Shown: positions 1 to 9,183, counted from the stretch's first letter. The stretch: 32,000 bases of DNA from Trichodesmium erythraeum IMS101 (GCF_000014265.1 NC_008312.1:3270001-3302000); one strand, 5' to 3'. Numbers and translations are program-made. The notes: a model not told the origin generated them from the sequence alone.

Positions 1-494
1 AAGATTACTTTTTGATAATTATTATCTTTTAATCTGAATCTTTCTCTAGCAATTCCAAATATTTTAATTAATCTTATTACATGTTCTACAAATATTCTCT
101 TTCTGGCTTTTTCTTGATTTTCTTCTTTGATTTCTAGCGGCATTTCTTTTTTTCTTGGTTTCTTTTTTGGTGTAGTAGTTCTTTCTACTCCTTCATAAGC
201 TTTATCTCCTTGAAATTTTTGTTTTTTATCAAATTTATCCTGTTGTTTTCTTAATATTTTTACATCACTTACTGGACCTTTTTCTCCTACTATTACATCT
301 ACTATTTCTGTTCCTTTTGGTGTCGTTATTATTTGATTTTTAAAAGTATGATTTTTATTTTTTCCTGAGTAATATTTTTCTTGGTCTTTATATTCACTTG
401 GTCTTTCTCTACTTTGTTCTGTACTATCTACAATTAATTCTAATTCTGTTAATATCTCCTTTACCCATTCCAATTCATTTTCTTTTTTTTTTTT
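1..494 (-). CDS. Transposase catalytic DDE part (OrfB, -1 frame relative to OrfA); its 3' end runs off the window
   Basis: I translated the minus strand by hand and it is stop-free: ENELEWVKEILTELELIVDSTEQSRERPSEYKDQEKYYSGKNKNHTFKNQIITTPKGTEIVDVIVGEKGPVSDVKILRKQQDKFDKKQKFQGDKAYEGVERTTTPKKKPRKKEMPLEIKEENQEKARKRIFVEHVIRLIKIFGIARERFRLKDNNYQKVI. The VDST ... SD ... VEH spacing and the YSGKxKxHTxKxQ motif match DDE_Tnp_4-type transposases. Confidence 0.75.
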
Positions 495-847
495 ACTTGT
501 TCTAATAAACTTGCTGGCAGTAATTCTCTGAGAATATCTATCCAGTAATGAAAAATATTATTAGCACTTGATTCACTTATACCAAAGTTAATTCCTAATG
601 TTTGAAAAGTCGGTATTTGATGTAAATAAAATAACGTTAAAATTATTTCTTCCTCCTTTGTTAAATTCTTTTTTCTGACTCCACCTGCTTTAATTAATCT
701 TTTTTCTGTTTTAGCGATCGCCTTCTTTTTCTCTGATTCTATTATTTGGGCCTTTGCTATTAATTTTATTAGCTGTTCATAAGTAATGCCAATAATTCTT
801 TTTGTTTCTTTTGGATGGTTATAAATATATTCTAAAGTTGGATTCAT
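461..847 (-). CDS. Transposase N-terminal HTH part (OrfA frame)
   Basis: The ORF-track protein contains ...LTKEEEIILTLFYLHQIPTFQTLGINFGISESSANNIFHYWIDILRELLP..., which is typical of the HTH_Tnp_4 N-terminal domain of IS5/Harbinger-like transposases. The frame ends 10 codons after the KKKKK (A12) tract. Confidence 0.75.
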   Translation of the reverse strand: MNPTLEYIYNHPKETKRIIGITYEQLIKLIAKAQIIESEKKKAIAKTEKRLIKAGGVRKKNLTKEEEIILTLFYLHQIPTFQTLGINFGISESSANNIFHYWIDILRELLPASLLEQVKKKKKMNWNG

Positions 848-1011
848 TTGGGAGACTTTATAAATAAATGGTTTTGATAATTTTACCTTATTTTTTATTT
901 TGGAGATGTCTATTGCCTTTGATAAAAATTGGATATATCACTTGAATTGAATGCTAAATAGCTTAGGGAGTAATTAGGAACTTTCTATGTAATGTCCCGA
1001 CCTCAAAATGA

Positions 1012-1041
1012 GAATTATAGAGGAGCTAGTCGGATAAATTT
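1012..1041 (+). repeat. 30-nt conserved box, copy A (gaattatagaggagctagtcggataaattt). Its reverse-complement copy lies at 21779..21808.
   Basis: Hand alignment gives a 14-nt exact core (gaattatagaggag) and 27/30 identity overall with the reverse complement of 21779-21808. Confidence 0.6.
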
Positions 1042-1269
1042 CTTCTTTAACGCCCTCTGTCATAATCAGCCCAAAACATATATCTTTATGTGAGCTTGAA
1101 GAAGTGAAAAGCTGGTGAAGGCGTTAAACCCTGCCCACAAAGGCTAAGGCCTTTAGATTTAAATTCTTTAAGAGTTAATCAGCTAGCCCTAATTACTTAT
1201 ACTTCACAAATTGAAAATTTTGTGATTATAATAAATATATCTTATCAGGTAGAGGTATAACAGCGCAGA

Positions 1270-1686
1270 ATGAAACAATTGGGAACTCATCTAGTAGTTG
1301 ATGCCTGGCATTCTCCCACAGAACTGCTCAACGACACTGAATTTATACGTCAGTCTTTAATGAAAGCAATTTCAGCAGGAGGAGCAACTCTTATAGATTT
1401 ATGTGTTCATCAGTTTAGTCCTCATGGAGTAACAGCAACAGCAACACTAGCAGAATCTCATATTGCCATCCACACATGGCCTGAGTTAGGTTACTTTGCT
1501 GCAGACTTATTCTTTTGTGGTCATGGGAGTCCGCATAAAGCTATAGAGATTCTACAAACGGCTCTTCAAGCTAAACAAATGAAATTGACAGAGATTAAGC
1601 GCGGTTTTGAGCAAGAGATGGCAGTTCAAGATACTGTTACAACACATCATAATGCCAAAACTCTGGCAAAAATCAACTTTAGTTAG
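1270..1686 (+). CDS. speH: S-adenosylmethionine decarboxylase proenzyme, small bacterial type 1 (pyruvoyl-dependent)
   Basis: The 138-aa protein carries the self-cleavage and active-site region TLAESHIAIHTWPELGYFAADLFFCG, with the ES|S processing motif and the HTWPE motif of class 1 AdoMetDC. Confidence 0.9.
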   Translation: MKQLGTHLVVDAWHSPTELLNDTEFIRQSLMKAISAGGATLIDLCVHQFSPHGVTATATLAESHIAIHTWPELGYFAADLFFCGHGSPHKAIEILQTALQAKQMKLTEIKRGFEQEMAVQDTVTTHHNAKTLAKINFS

Positions 1687-2359
1687 TGTAAAAACAACCA
1701 ACTTAAAGTTAATTTGTCAATAATCCTCTTGGATGAGTTTGAATAAGTTTTGCCGAACAGATTAGATTAGATTCTCAGGAGTATAGTCATATTGAACAGG
1801 AGTATAAGTTGTGAATCTAACCTTTAGTTTTTAGGTATAAGAAGGTTTATAAGCTCTTGAGTATTTAAATCATAAATTCAATTTCTGTCAAAAGCAACAG
1901 ACGACAGGCAACAGGCAAGAGGGAATTAAAAATTGAGATATATGACAGATTAGTAGAAAATGGTTGGTTTTAGTTAATAGTCTCGCGGCTTCGGTCGTGG
2001 GATTGTGAGTATATTTTAACTTAGTTGATTTGCTTTACACTTTATATTTTTGATATCCTTCTCGACTGTTAGGCGTAAGGTAAATTCTACCTAGCCGAAG
2101 CTCAAGGGCTGGTTGAGGTTTTTCACTTAGCACGCCCTCTGTAATACACCGGCTGTTGTAATTTATCGTCGCAAGGCCGAACTTCACCCTAGTCAAACCC
2201 TTTTCTGAAACACCCGTTTTTTGTCTGGTGACTGCTTATCCGCCACTAATTAATTAATAAGTGAAATAACATATTTATTAAAAAAAAACTAAAAAGTTAC
2301 TTAATAAGCGGGGCAGGCTTTAAACCAATTTTTTTTACAAAACAAAGTTGAACAGACTT

Positions 2360-2947
2360 CTATCGCTGATTTAATTTTGGTCGCACTACCCAATAACCAG
2401 CACCAAATGCAGCAATTACAATTAAACAAACAGCAATTACTAAGGATATTCCATTCAAATTAGATACTTGTGTACTATTGGTAAATCTACTGTAGTAACT
2501 TTTGTCTGGTTCTTCTGTAAATAAATGTTCTGGAAAGTTTGGCTTTTTTGCTCTAGGTTCGGTAAATGGTAGAGAGGGAGAAGAATGGGATAATATTTCA
2601 GGAGAGTTCAGCTCAAAATCAGAACTTAAGTAATTAGAGCCCGTAGTATTAATCCTCGGAGAGTTCGGTATAGAAGGTATTTGCGGTTGGGTTACCTGGA
2701 TGACTGATTGGGCAGTATTTAATGTTTCTTGTAAATGTATTGCAGAATTAATAACTTTTTCAATTTCTTTTCTAAGTTTTTGATTTTGTTGAATTAACTG
2801 TTCATTATGAACTTTAAGGGACTCTAGCTTGATTTGAGTTGCTTGTAATTCAGCAGTAGTTTCTCTATATAAAGAAATAGGTACAGATGGAGAGTAGTTA
2901 TTTTCTGATACGGGTTTAGTTTGACTAGATGTGCTAAGATTTGCCAT
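2360..2947 (-). CDS. Hypothetical tail-anchored coiled-coil membrane protein
   Basis: The protein has a heptad-like coiled-coil segment (AELQATQIKLESLKVHNEQLIQQNQKLRKEIEKVINSAIHLQETL) and one C-terminal TM helix (ISLVIAVCLIVIAAFGAGYWVV). The ORF-track start at 2971 is a TTG, so I prefer the first ATG at 2947 (MANLSTSS). Confidence 0.55.
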   Translation of the reverse strand: MANLSTSSQTKPVSENNYSPSVPISLYRETTAELQATQIKLESLKVHNEQLIQQNQKLRKEIEKVINSAIHLQETLNTAQSVIQVTQPQIPSIPNSPRINTTGSNYLSSDFELNSPEILSHSSPSLPFTEPRAKKPNFPEHLFTEEPDKSYYSRFTNSTQVSNLNGISLVIAVCLIVIAAFGAGYWVVRPKLNQR

Positions 2948-3184
2948 TGTTTTACTAAGTAATACTAACAAGTCAAAAGTTCAAAGTAATCCCTGACTAA
3001 TTTATTAGTGCAGAAATATTTGACCAACAGCATTTACTAAATTTACTAATGTTTATGTCCTAAATATATAGTATTATATACATATAATTATACCATAACA
3101 CATAAATTTGTCAAGTCATAATCAAAAGAATTTACTCAGATAAATTGCATTTCCAAAGAATTGAATCTTGTTTAATTAATATCT

Positions 3185-3610
3185 ATGAATTACGATGAAA
3201 CTAACAATGAACTATTTCAAGAGTCAAATATGCAAGAACTTAAATATGGAGAGCGGAATATATTGGAGGGAGAGTTAATTACTTTTCCAAATCCCCGTAT
3301 AGGACGACGTTATGAAATAAATATTAGTTTACCAGAATTTACTTGTAAGTGTCCTTTTTCTGGTTATCCAGATTTTGCTACAATTCATATTAAATATATT
3401 CCCAATGAACGAGTAGTTGAGTTAAAAGCTATAAAGTTATATATCAACAGTTATCGAGAACGCTATATTTCCCATGAAGAATCAGTTAATCAAATCTTAG
3501 ATGACTTTGTCGCAGCTTGCGATCCTTTAGAAGTCAAAATTAAAGGTGATTTTTTGCCTCGGGGAAATGTTCATACAACTATTGAAGTTGAACATTATAA
3601 AGCAAGCTAG
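3185..3610 (+). CDS. queF: NADPH-dependent 7-cyano-7-deazaguanine (preQ0) reductase, unimodular type
   Basis: The catalytic Cys region is LPEFTCKCPFSGYPDFATI and the QueF motif is VELKAIKLYINSYR (E-x-K-x-x-K-L-Y type). The 141-aa size fits type I QueF. Confidence 0.9.
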   Translation: MNYDETNNELFQESNMQELKYGERNILEGELITFPNPRIGRRYEINISLPEFTCKCPFSGYPDFATIHIKYIPNERVVELKAIKLYINSYRERYISHEESVNQILDDFVAACDPLEVKIKGDFLPRGNVHTTIEVEHYKAS

Positions 3611-3714
3611 AGAAGTAATATTACCAGGATTTTCCCAGGATAACTAAGAAACAAAGTTTATATTATTAACAACAATTTATCCGATAAACTGGACACGGGC
3701 TACCTTATAATGCA

Positions 3715-5100
3715 AATACCGGGACTTTAGTGAAAAAATAGTAAAAAAAAGGGTATAATGTATACCTGATATGTATTTTACGTTAATTACTGGCCTGGGA
3801 AAAGTTTGATGAAAGAAACAACTTCAGTGGCCATGCCCTCTTGTTTCCATCGATGGTGCGATCGCTTTAACAATGTCTTTAAAACAAAAGCCCAAAAAAC
3901 AGGGTTTAGGGAATATATAGGAGGATTACTCTTGAGAAAGCGATCGAAAAAACTTGTCTCAAATTGCCAACAACACTGTAGGTCACACGTACCACAAATT
4001 ACGGCATTTTCTAGTTCGAGCAAATTGGTCTGTAGATGCTGTGAATGAGCGTCGTCTTCAAGTAATGTGGGAACGTCGCCAAACAAAACCTTCTCGATCC
4101 TATTGCTTTAATTATAGACGATTCAGGCCACAGAAAAAGTGGTAATTTTACTGCAGGAGTAGGGCGGCAATATATAGGAGAAATAGGAAAAACAGATAAT
4201 GGTGTAGTCGTGGTGACAACTCATCTTTATGATGGAGTTAAAAGTCTACCTTTAGACATAGCTTTGTATCAGAAAGCTGATTCTTTTCCAAAAGGAAAAA
4301 AAGACCCAGAATTTGTCAAGAAACCAGACGAGTGCAATGTCTCTAGTAGATCAATGTTTGTCCAGAGGACACCAACCAGAAATTGTGTTAATTGAAATTT
4401 GGCTATGGTAACAATACATCATTCTTAAATCAACTAGAGAAAAGAAGTTTAACTTATATAGGAGGATTAGCTAAAAATCGAAAAGTCATCATTAAAAAAC
4501 AAGATGACATTAAAGAGGAAATTAGATTAGACAAGCTGGCAGAAAGTATACCTCAGAAAGCTTTCAACTTAGTTCAACTAAGTACAAAAAATGCTAGAGA
4601 AGTTTGGGTAGCTACATTAGAAGTAGAAATATCTAGGATGTCAGGTCAAAAAACTATAGCTATCGTTATGAATGCTAAAAGTTTTTCTGAGGCCACTGAT
4701 ATTAACTATTATATCACTAATAGAGAAGACAAATATGTAACTCCTGAGTGGATATATTCTACTTATTCTCAAAGAAATTGGGTGGAAGTTTTCTACAGGG
4801 AAGCCAAAGGATGGTTAGGATTAAGAGAATATCAAGTCAGAGATAAAATCAGCCTTAAAAGGCATTTTATTTTAGTATTTTGTGCTTATACATTTATTAT
4901 CTGGCATCAGTTAACAGGAGGTATAAGAAGGCGTTGGGCTAACAAACCATTAAATACGTTTACTGATACTTTAGAAGCATTTCGTACCGCAATATCTTAT
5001 CGTTTTGTTGAGTGGTTAGATGAAAACATCGACGTATTTACCGCTCATAAAGAGAGTTTAGGGTTTGTTTGGGCTTGAAATTTGCTAAAGTCCCGTTATT
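3715..5100 (+). mobile_element. Decayed IS701-family-like insertion sequence (about 1.39 kb) that retains its terminal inverted repeats
   Basis: The left end is aataccgggactttag (3715-3730). The right end ctaaagtcccgttatt (5085-5100) is its reverse complement at 15/16 positions. These ends enclose the frameshifted transposase. I could not identify a clear target-site duplication. Confidence 0.7.
3806..5078 (+). pseudogene. IS701-like (COG5659/DDE_5-type) transposase broken by at least 3-4 frameshifts
   Basis: Fragments lie in different frames: FHRWCDRFNNVFKTKAQKTGFREYIGGLL / SQIANNTVGHTYHKLRHFLVRANWSVDAVNERRLQVM / PIALIIDDSGHRKSGNFTAGVGRQYIGEIGKTDNGVVVVTTHLYDGVKSLPLDIALYQ / AMSLVDQCLSRGHQPEIVLI / GYGNNTSFLNQLEKRSLTYIGGLAKNRKV...REAKGWLGLREYQVR. 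The IIDDSGxxKSG...GVxRQYxGxxGK pattern is characteristic of this family. Confidence 0.75.
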
Positions 5101-5439
5101 AGAAAAAATCAAGGAGTGTAAAAATTAAGGTAAATTAATTATAGATGCTACCTAAGCTCCTGCCGATATGAACTATCTGACCGACTTAAATCTATTAAAT
5201 AATGGCAGAATTAAAACCGAAATCATCTAAGATATTCTCTTAAAAGGCTGTTAAAAGCCAGTTTCATCTAAAACTCATTACTCACCGTTAAACAGCAAAA
5301 AAAAAGAATATTTAAAGGTAGGCAAAAAAGACAGCCAACTTCTAATGCAATTAGGAAAGTAATCAAAAAAACTGAAATATGTAAGTAAAAACTTAAATAC
5401 TCAAAAGTCTGTTAATTGAGAATGGTAGCCGTCATAAAA

Positions 5440-6058
5440 GTTTGAGTAGTAGACAATATAAAACATTTTTGGGTTTCTGTGAAATTTAGCATCAACAACA
5501 ACTAATGTGGGATAACAAATAACAACGAATAGATGAAACAATAGTAAGTTTAAATCAACCTGATATGCGTCCAATAGTAAGAGTAAAAAGGGAGAAAATA
5601 CAGTGATTTGGAGCTCAAATATCTGTAAGTTGTATAGATGGATATATATTTTTACATAGAATAAGTTGAGATAACTATAAGGAATCTCAAGATTTAAAGG
5701 CTCAAGTTGAAGAATGGAAAAACTACACAGGTTATTATCCAGAGTGAGTTTATAGAGACTAAATTTATTTAACATGAGAAAACCAAAAATTATCTAAAAA
5801 CAAAGGTATTAGAATCAGTGGTTTATTAGGGAAGAGCACCCAAAAATATTGATAAAGAACAGAAAAAACAAGCTCAGGAGCGATGAAAGATTAGGCGACC
5901 ATATTGAAGGTAAATTTGGCAGGCGGCAAAAGAGGATTTAGTCATCAAAAAAAGTAATAGCTAAACTTTCTAAAACTTCCACAACTGCAATCGCAATTAC
6001 TTTCTTAGTAATCAACCTTTCTACCCTTTTAAATGAAACTTTTTCTCTTTTTTTATAA
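5440..6058 (+). pseudogene. Heavily degraded remnant of a second IS (IS5/IS4-like DDE transposase C-terminal half)
   Basis: My hand translation has many stops but shows recognisable pieces: ...GVSVKFSINNN*CGITNNNE..., ...TGYYPE*VYRD*IYLT*ENQKLSKNKGIRISG..., and ...SDERLGDHIEGKFGRRQKRI*SSKKVIAKLSKTSTTAIAITFLVINLSTLL. The IEGKFG...AKL..TS...I...FLV.NL tail is typical of this transposase group. Confidence 0.5.
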
Positions 6059-6389
6059 TTTTTTTGTCTGGGTATTTTTAATAATTTCAACTTCTATTTG
6101 AATAAATGATGATTCTGATTTGAGAGCCATTATTTTTTTGAATAAAAAATCAACTACTTTCATGATTTTTCAGCAAACCCTACTTAAGAGTAGTATAACA
6201 AAAGTTAATTATGCCCTTGTAAGATATGATCTAATATTATATAGAATGTTATATAATTAGTAGTCATAAAACTAAACTTAAATCAAATATTTTTTCAACA
6301 GTCATTAGAAATATCAACAATATTAATTAAAATCCTAACTATCAAGCTTCCGTTGAGAAGAGAAATTATCAATTAGCTGATATTATGAA

Positions 6390-7850
6390 TTAGCTTTGCT
6401 TTTTGCCCGCCTCATCCTCTAAAACTAGATTAATAGTTGTTTCAGTTTCTGACCCTTCTAATTGACAAATATTGATTTTATCTAGACGTTGACCTTCAGC
6501 AGAGATGACAGTAAATTCAAGATTTTTGTAGTGTAACTTTTCTCCTTGAGTGGGAATTTTTTGTAATTGATAAATCAAAAACCCTCCCAAAGTCTGATAG
6601 TCCTCAGTCACTGGCAAATCTAAATTTAAAAGTTCATTAACTTCTTCAACACTTAATTGTGCCTGTACAATAAAAGTCTGATCATCTAACATCTGTAAGG
6701 TAAGTTCTTCAGAGCCTGTTACTTCATAACTATCACTACTAATAATTTCAGCAATTAAATCTTCCCGTGTAATTAATCCAGCAGTTCCACCAAACTCATC
6801 TACCACTATTACCATTTCTGGGTGCTGAGGACTATTTGAAATTTGACGCATTCGTTGCATTAATGATAATAACTCATTCAGATAAGTTTGTTCAGAAACA
6901 AATCTTGCAGGTCGAACCCAAGATAAAATAGAAGTTTTTGGGCATAATAATCCTTTCGCTAAAGGTTTAGCTAGTTCTTTAAAGTCAATAATGCCCTGAA
7001 TATCATCTATTGATTCACCAACTACAGGATATCTGGAATGACCAGATAGCTGAACTTCATTTAACAAATCTTGAAAAGTAGCTGTACTAGAAATAGTATC
7101 TATATTTGTCCGTGGGACCATAATTTCTACAGCTAATACTTCCCCAAATTCAAATACATTACTAAGTAGTTGTCGTTCTTCTGCTTCTAAACCTATTGAT
7201 TCTGTAGAAGTAGAGATAATTAATTGCAATTCTTCTGAAGTAACAGGTGCTTTCCAGGCACTACCAGTAGATCTAATTCCCAGCAGTCTTAATAACCAAT
7301 AAGTAGATTGATTTAAAATCCAGATAAACGGATTAAACAAACGAGAGATGGCTATACTTAAAGGGCCTAATAATCTAGATAACTGTTCTGAATAAATGAG
7401 TGCTACTGACTTTGGGCATAACTCTCCGAGCACAATTTGTAGGTAAGCCAAAATCAAAAAGGTGACAATAGTAATAGCTACGGAGTCATCGTTCCCTTGA
7501 CCAATATGAATAGGTAATGGTATGGTTTTTATAGCATTTGTAACGATTTCTACCATAGTTTTTGCACCTATCCAACCCAAAGTAAAACTAGATAAAGTAA
7601 TACCTAACTGAGTTGTCGATAGAAGTCGCTCTATGTGTCTTTGAAGTTGTTGAACAATTTTTGCTTGAACATCACCTGCATCTACTAATTGATTAATACG
7701 TGACCTTCGCACAGAAACAATAGAAAATTCGGCCAATACAAAAAATGCATTAATAGTAATTAGTAAAAAAACTAACAAAAATTGTGACAGTATATCTAAA
7801 TCTGGTATCTCCGTCATAAAACTAATATAAAATGTCACCATTAGTGACAT
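6390..7850 (-). CDS. CNNM/CorC-HlyC family protein (DUF21 transmembrane domain + CBS pair + CorC_HlyC C-terminal domain), a putative divalent-cation efflux protein
   Basis: The N-terminal TM region contains INAFFVLAEFSIVSVRRSRINQLV. The central CBS-pair region contains IMVPRTNIDTI and VVDEFGGTAGLITREDL. The C-terminal region contains TLGGFLIYQLQKIPTQGEKLHYKNLEFTVISAEGQRLDKI. Alternative ATG starts at 7841 and 7817 (MTEIPD...) are at least as plausible as 7850. Confidence 0.85.
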   Translation of the reverse strand: MSLMVTFYISFMTEIPDLDILSQFLLVFLLITINAFFVLAEFSIVSVRRSRINQLVDAGDVQAKIVQQLQRHIERLLSTTQLGITLSSFTLGWIGAKTMVEIVTNAIKTIPLPIHIGQGNDDSVAITIVTFLILAYLQIVLGELCPKSVALIYSEQLSRLLGPLSIAISRLFNPFIWILNQSTYWLLRLLGIRSTGSAWKAPVTSEELQLIISTSTESIGLEAEERQLLSNVFEFGEVLAVEIMVPRTNIDTISSTATFQDLLNEVQLSGHSRYPVVGESIDDIQGIIDFKELAKPLAKGLLCPKTSILSWVRPARFVSEQTYLNELLSLMQRMRQISNSPQHPEMVIVVDEFGGTAGLITREDLIAEIISSDSYEVTGSEELTLQMLDDQTFIVQAQLSVEEVNELLNLDLPVTEDYQTLGGFLIYQLQKIPTQGEKLHYKNLEFTVISAEGQRLDKINICQLEGSETETTINLVLEDEAGKKQS

Positions 7851-7851
7851 T

Positions 7852-8157
7852 TTAATGTTTACTTCCTGCTTCTATCGGAGTTGTGGGCAGCAGGACTTTC
7901 ACAGGAATAACCGTTATAGCCAACTGCATTTCTCGCTCTTCATACTTATGCTTCTATAAATCTCTAATGAAGGCCTTATAGATAGACCTAACGTACTTCT
8001 TGCAATCAAAGCTTAAAAAACTTAATACTATATCCATTATTTGACCACAACTTGAACTTGTCTTAGCAGATGGAAAATATTTATTTCCTAATACTAATTT
8101 AGAACCATACCAACGATCTTTATGTTCTAATAGTATACCTTCTGTAAAAGAATATCT
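7852..8157 (-). pseudogene. C-terminal remnant of an IS200/IS605-family TnpB (OrfB) gene
   Basis: My hand translation reads RYSFTEGILLEHKDRWYGSKLVLGNKYFPSAKTSSSCGQIMDIVLSFLSFDCKKYVRSIYKAFIRDL*KHKYEEREMQLAITVIPVKVLLPTTPIEAGSKH*. The W.G..LV....FPS(S/A)KT.S.CG pattern and the ...EAG tail resemble TnpB C-termini. There is one internal stop and no N-terminal part. Confidence 0.5.
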
Positions 8158-8343
8158 TTATTCTGGGATTAAGTCAACAGCCTGAACCTTACTATCATTG
8201 ATTATGCCTTAGACCTCCAAACATTGTTTATTTATTTATTTATGTCTAAAAAACGCTATTTTTTTTACAGTCTCAGGCACAATTCTCAAATATATGTATC
8301 TTTAAATTGCAATATTTTGGGCAAGAAAAAATCAAAAATTTAA

Positions 8344-9012
8344 TTAATCTATTTTAATTTTAGATATTTTTAAATCTAACTTTTGATCGGGATAATCTGT
8401 AAGTTCTAGGGAAATTTCTTTAGCGTTATCTAATAAAGCAACAGGAATTGTGATAATACCATAATATCTTCTAGCATTGGGTGGAAGTTCTCCTGGTAAA
8501 TCTTCTGTACTAGCACTTATCACTCTTCCTTGTTCATCTTTAATATTCAAGAAACTGTATAAGAATCTTACAGCTCGGTCTCCTTTGTTTTTTAAATTAA
8601 CATCCAAGACTATAGAATTACCCCACCTACGAATATCATTAATTTCCAGCACTACTCCGGCATCACTACTGATAATTGGAAAAGTTTGCTGAGGCTGGTT
8701 TATTTGACCAGATTCTACCTTACCTTGTTTTTGATGGGATTCTCCAACAGTTGTCTTTTTCTCTACTACTCCACCATTTATTATAGTATTTTTGACATTG
8801 AGAACAATTTTTTCCTCCTTTAATAAAACTAGCTCTTCTCGACGATTTGAATTACCTTGAGTACCTGCTAAATTATTAGTGGGACGAGTATCTGGTTGAG
8901 TAATTCCCTTTAAAGCCTCTCTGCCCAGTTTAAATCCCCAAGAAGCACTACTCAAACCAGCACCAAACATTAGAGCCAGTAAACCTAGAGTTAGGAAAAT
9001 ACTAGAATTCAT
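8344..9012 (-). CDS. Secreted or periplasmic hypothetical protein (signal peptide plus a C-terminal beta-rich domain)
   Basis: The N-terminus MNSSIFLTLGLLALMFGAGLSSASWG looks like a Sec signal peptide. The ORF is a clean 222 aa with an ATG start, and I recognise no family motif with confidence. Confidence 0.6.
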   Translation of the reverse strand: MNSSIFLTLGLLALMFGAGLSSASWGFKLGREALKGITQPDTRPTNNLAGTQGNSNRREELVLLKEEKIVLNVKNTIINGGVVEKKTTVGESHQKQGKVESGQINQPQQTFPIISSDAGVVLEINDIRRWGNSIVLDVNLKNKGDRAVRFLYSFLNIKDEQGRVISASTEDLPGELPPNARRYYGIITIPVALLDNAKEISLELTDYPDQKLDLKISKIKID

Positions 9013-9183
9013 AGTTTTTTTCTGTCTTAGGTATGATTTGATTTTTTTTATGATATACTATAATTTATCTATATAATAATCTATAATCTTCTATATTTAA
9101 TTACTTGACTATATTGAAGATTAATTGTATAGTATTAATTAAATTTATCCTTGTAGGACTAGTAAATTTATAACAAGGTATAA

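Larger units (their letters stand above)
1..847 (-). mobile_element. Partial IS element (IS5 superfamily, PIF/Harbinger-like DDE_Tnp_4 type). The transposase occupies two frames. The far end lies off the window and the near end cannot be determined, so the element spans at least 1..847.
   Basis: Two consecutive transposase reading frames (461..847 and 1..494) are joined at an A12 run, seen as T12 on the plus strand at 483-494. No second terminus is available to define the inverted repeats. Confidence 0.7.

Noticed and set aside
1051-1060. The 10-mer cgccctctgt is shared by 1051-1060 and 2133-2142, and the 13-mer caagagacaaata is shared by 21771-21783 and 26900-26912, hinting at repeat families
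   Set aside because: Exact matches of 10-13 nt are expected many times by chance in 32 kb on two strands, and the flanking similarity is weak. Only the 27/30 box (1012-1041 / 21779-21808) exceeded that expectation.
3000-3184. Possible preQ1 riboswitch upstream of queF
   Set aside because: I could not find the compact preQ1-I/II hairpin with an A-rich tail in the 185 nt upstream. The region is plain AT-rich sequence.
3787-4086. 99-aa minus-strand ORF
   Set aside because: It is antisense to the frameshifted IS701-like transposase, whose plus-strand fragments have clear family motifs. The minus ORF has none.
5401-5775. 124-aa minus-strand ORF (MLNKFSLYKLTLDNNLCSFSILQLEP...)
   Set aside because: It is a low-complexity L/Y/F/N-rich translation of AT-rich DNA. 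The opposite strand carries recognisable, though degraded, transposase motifs.
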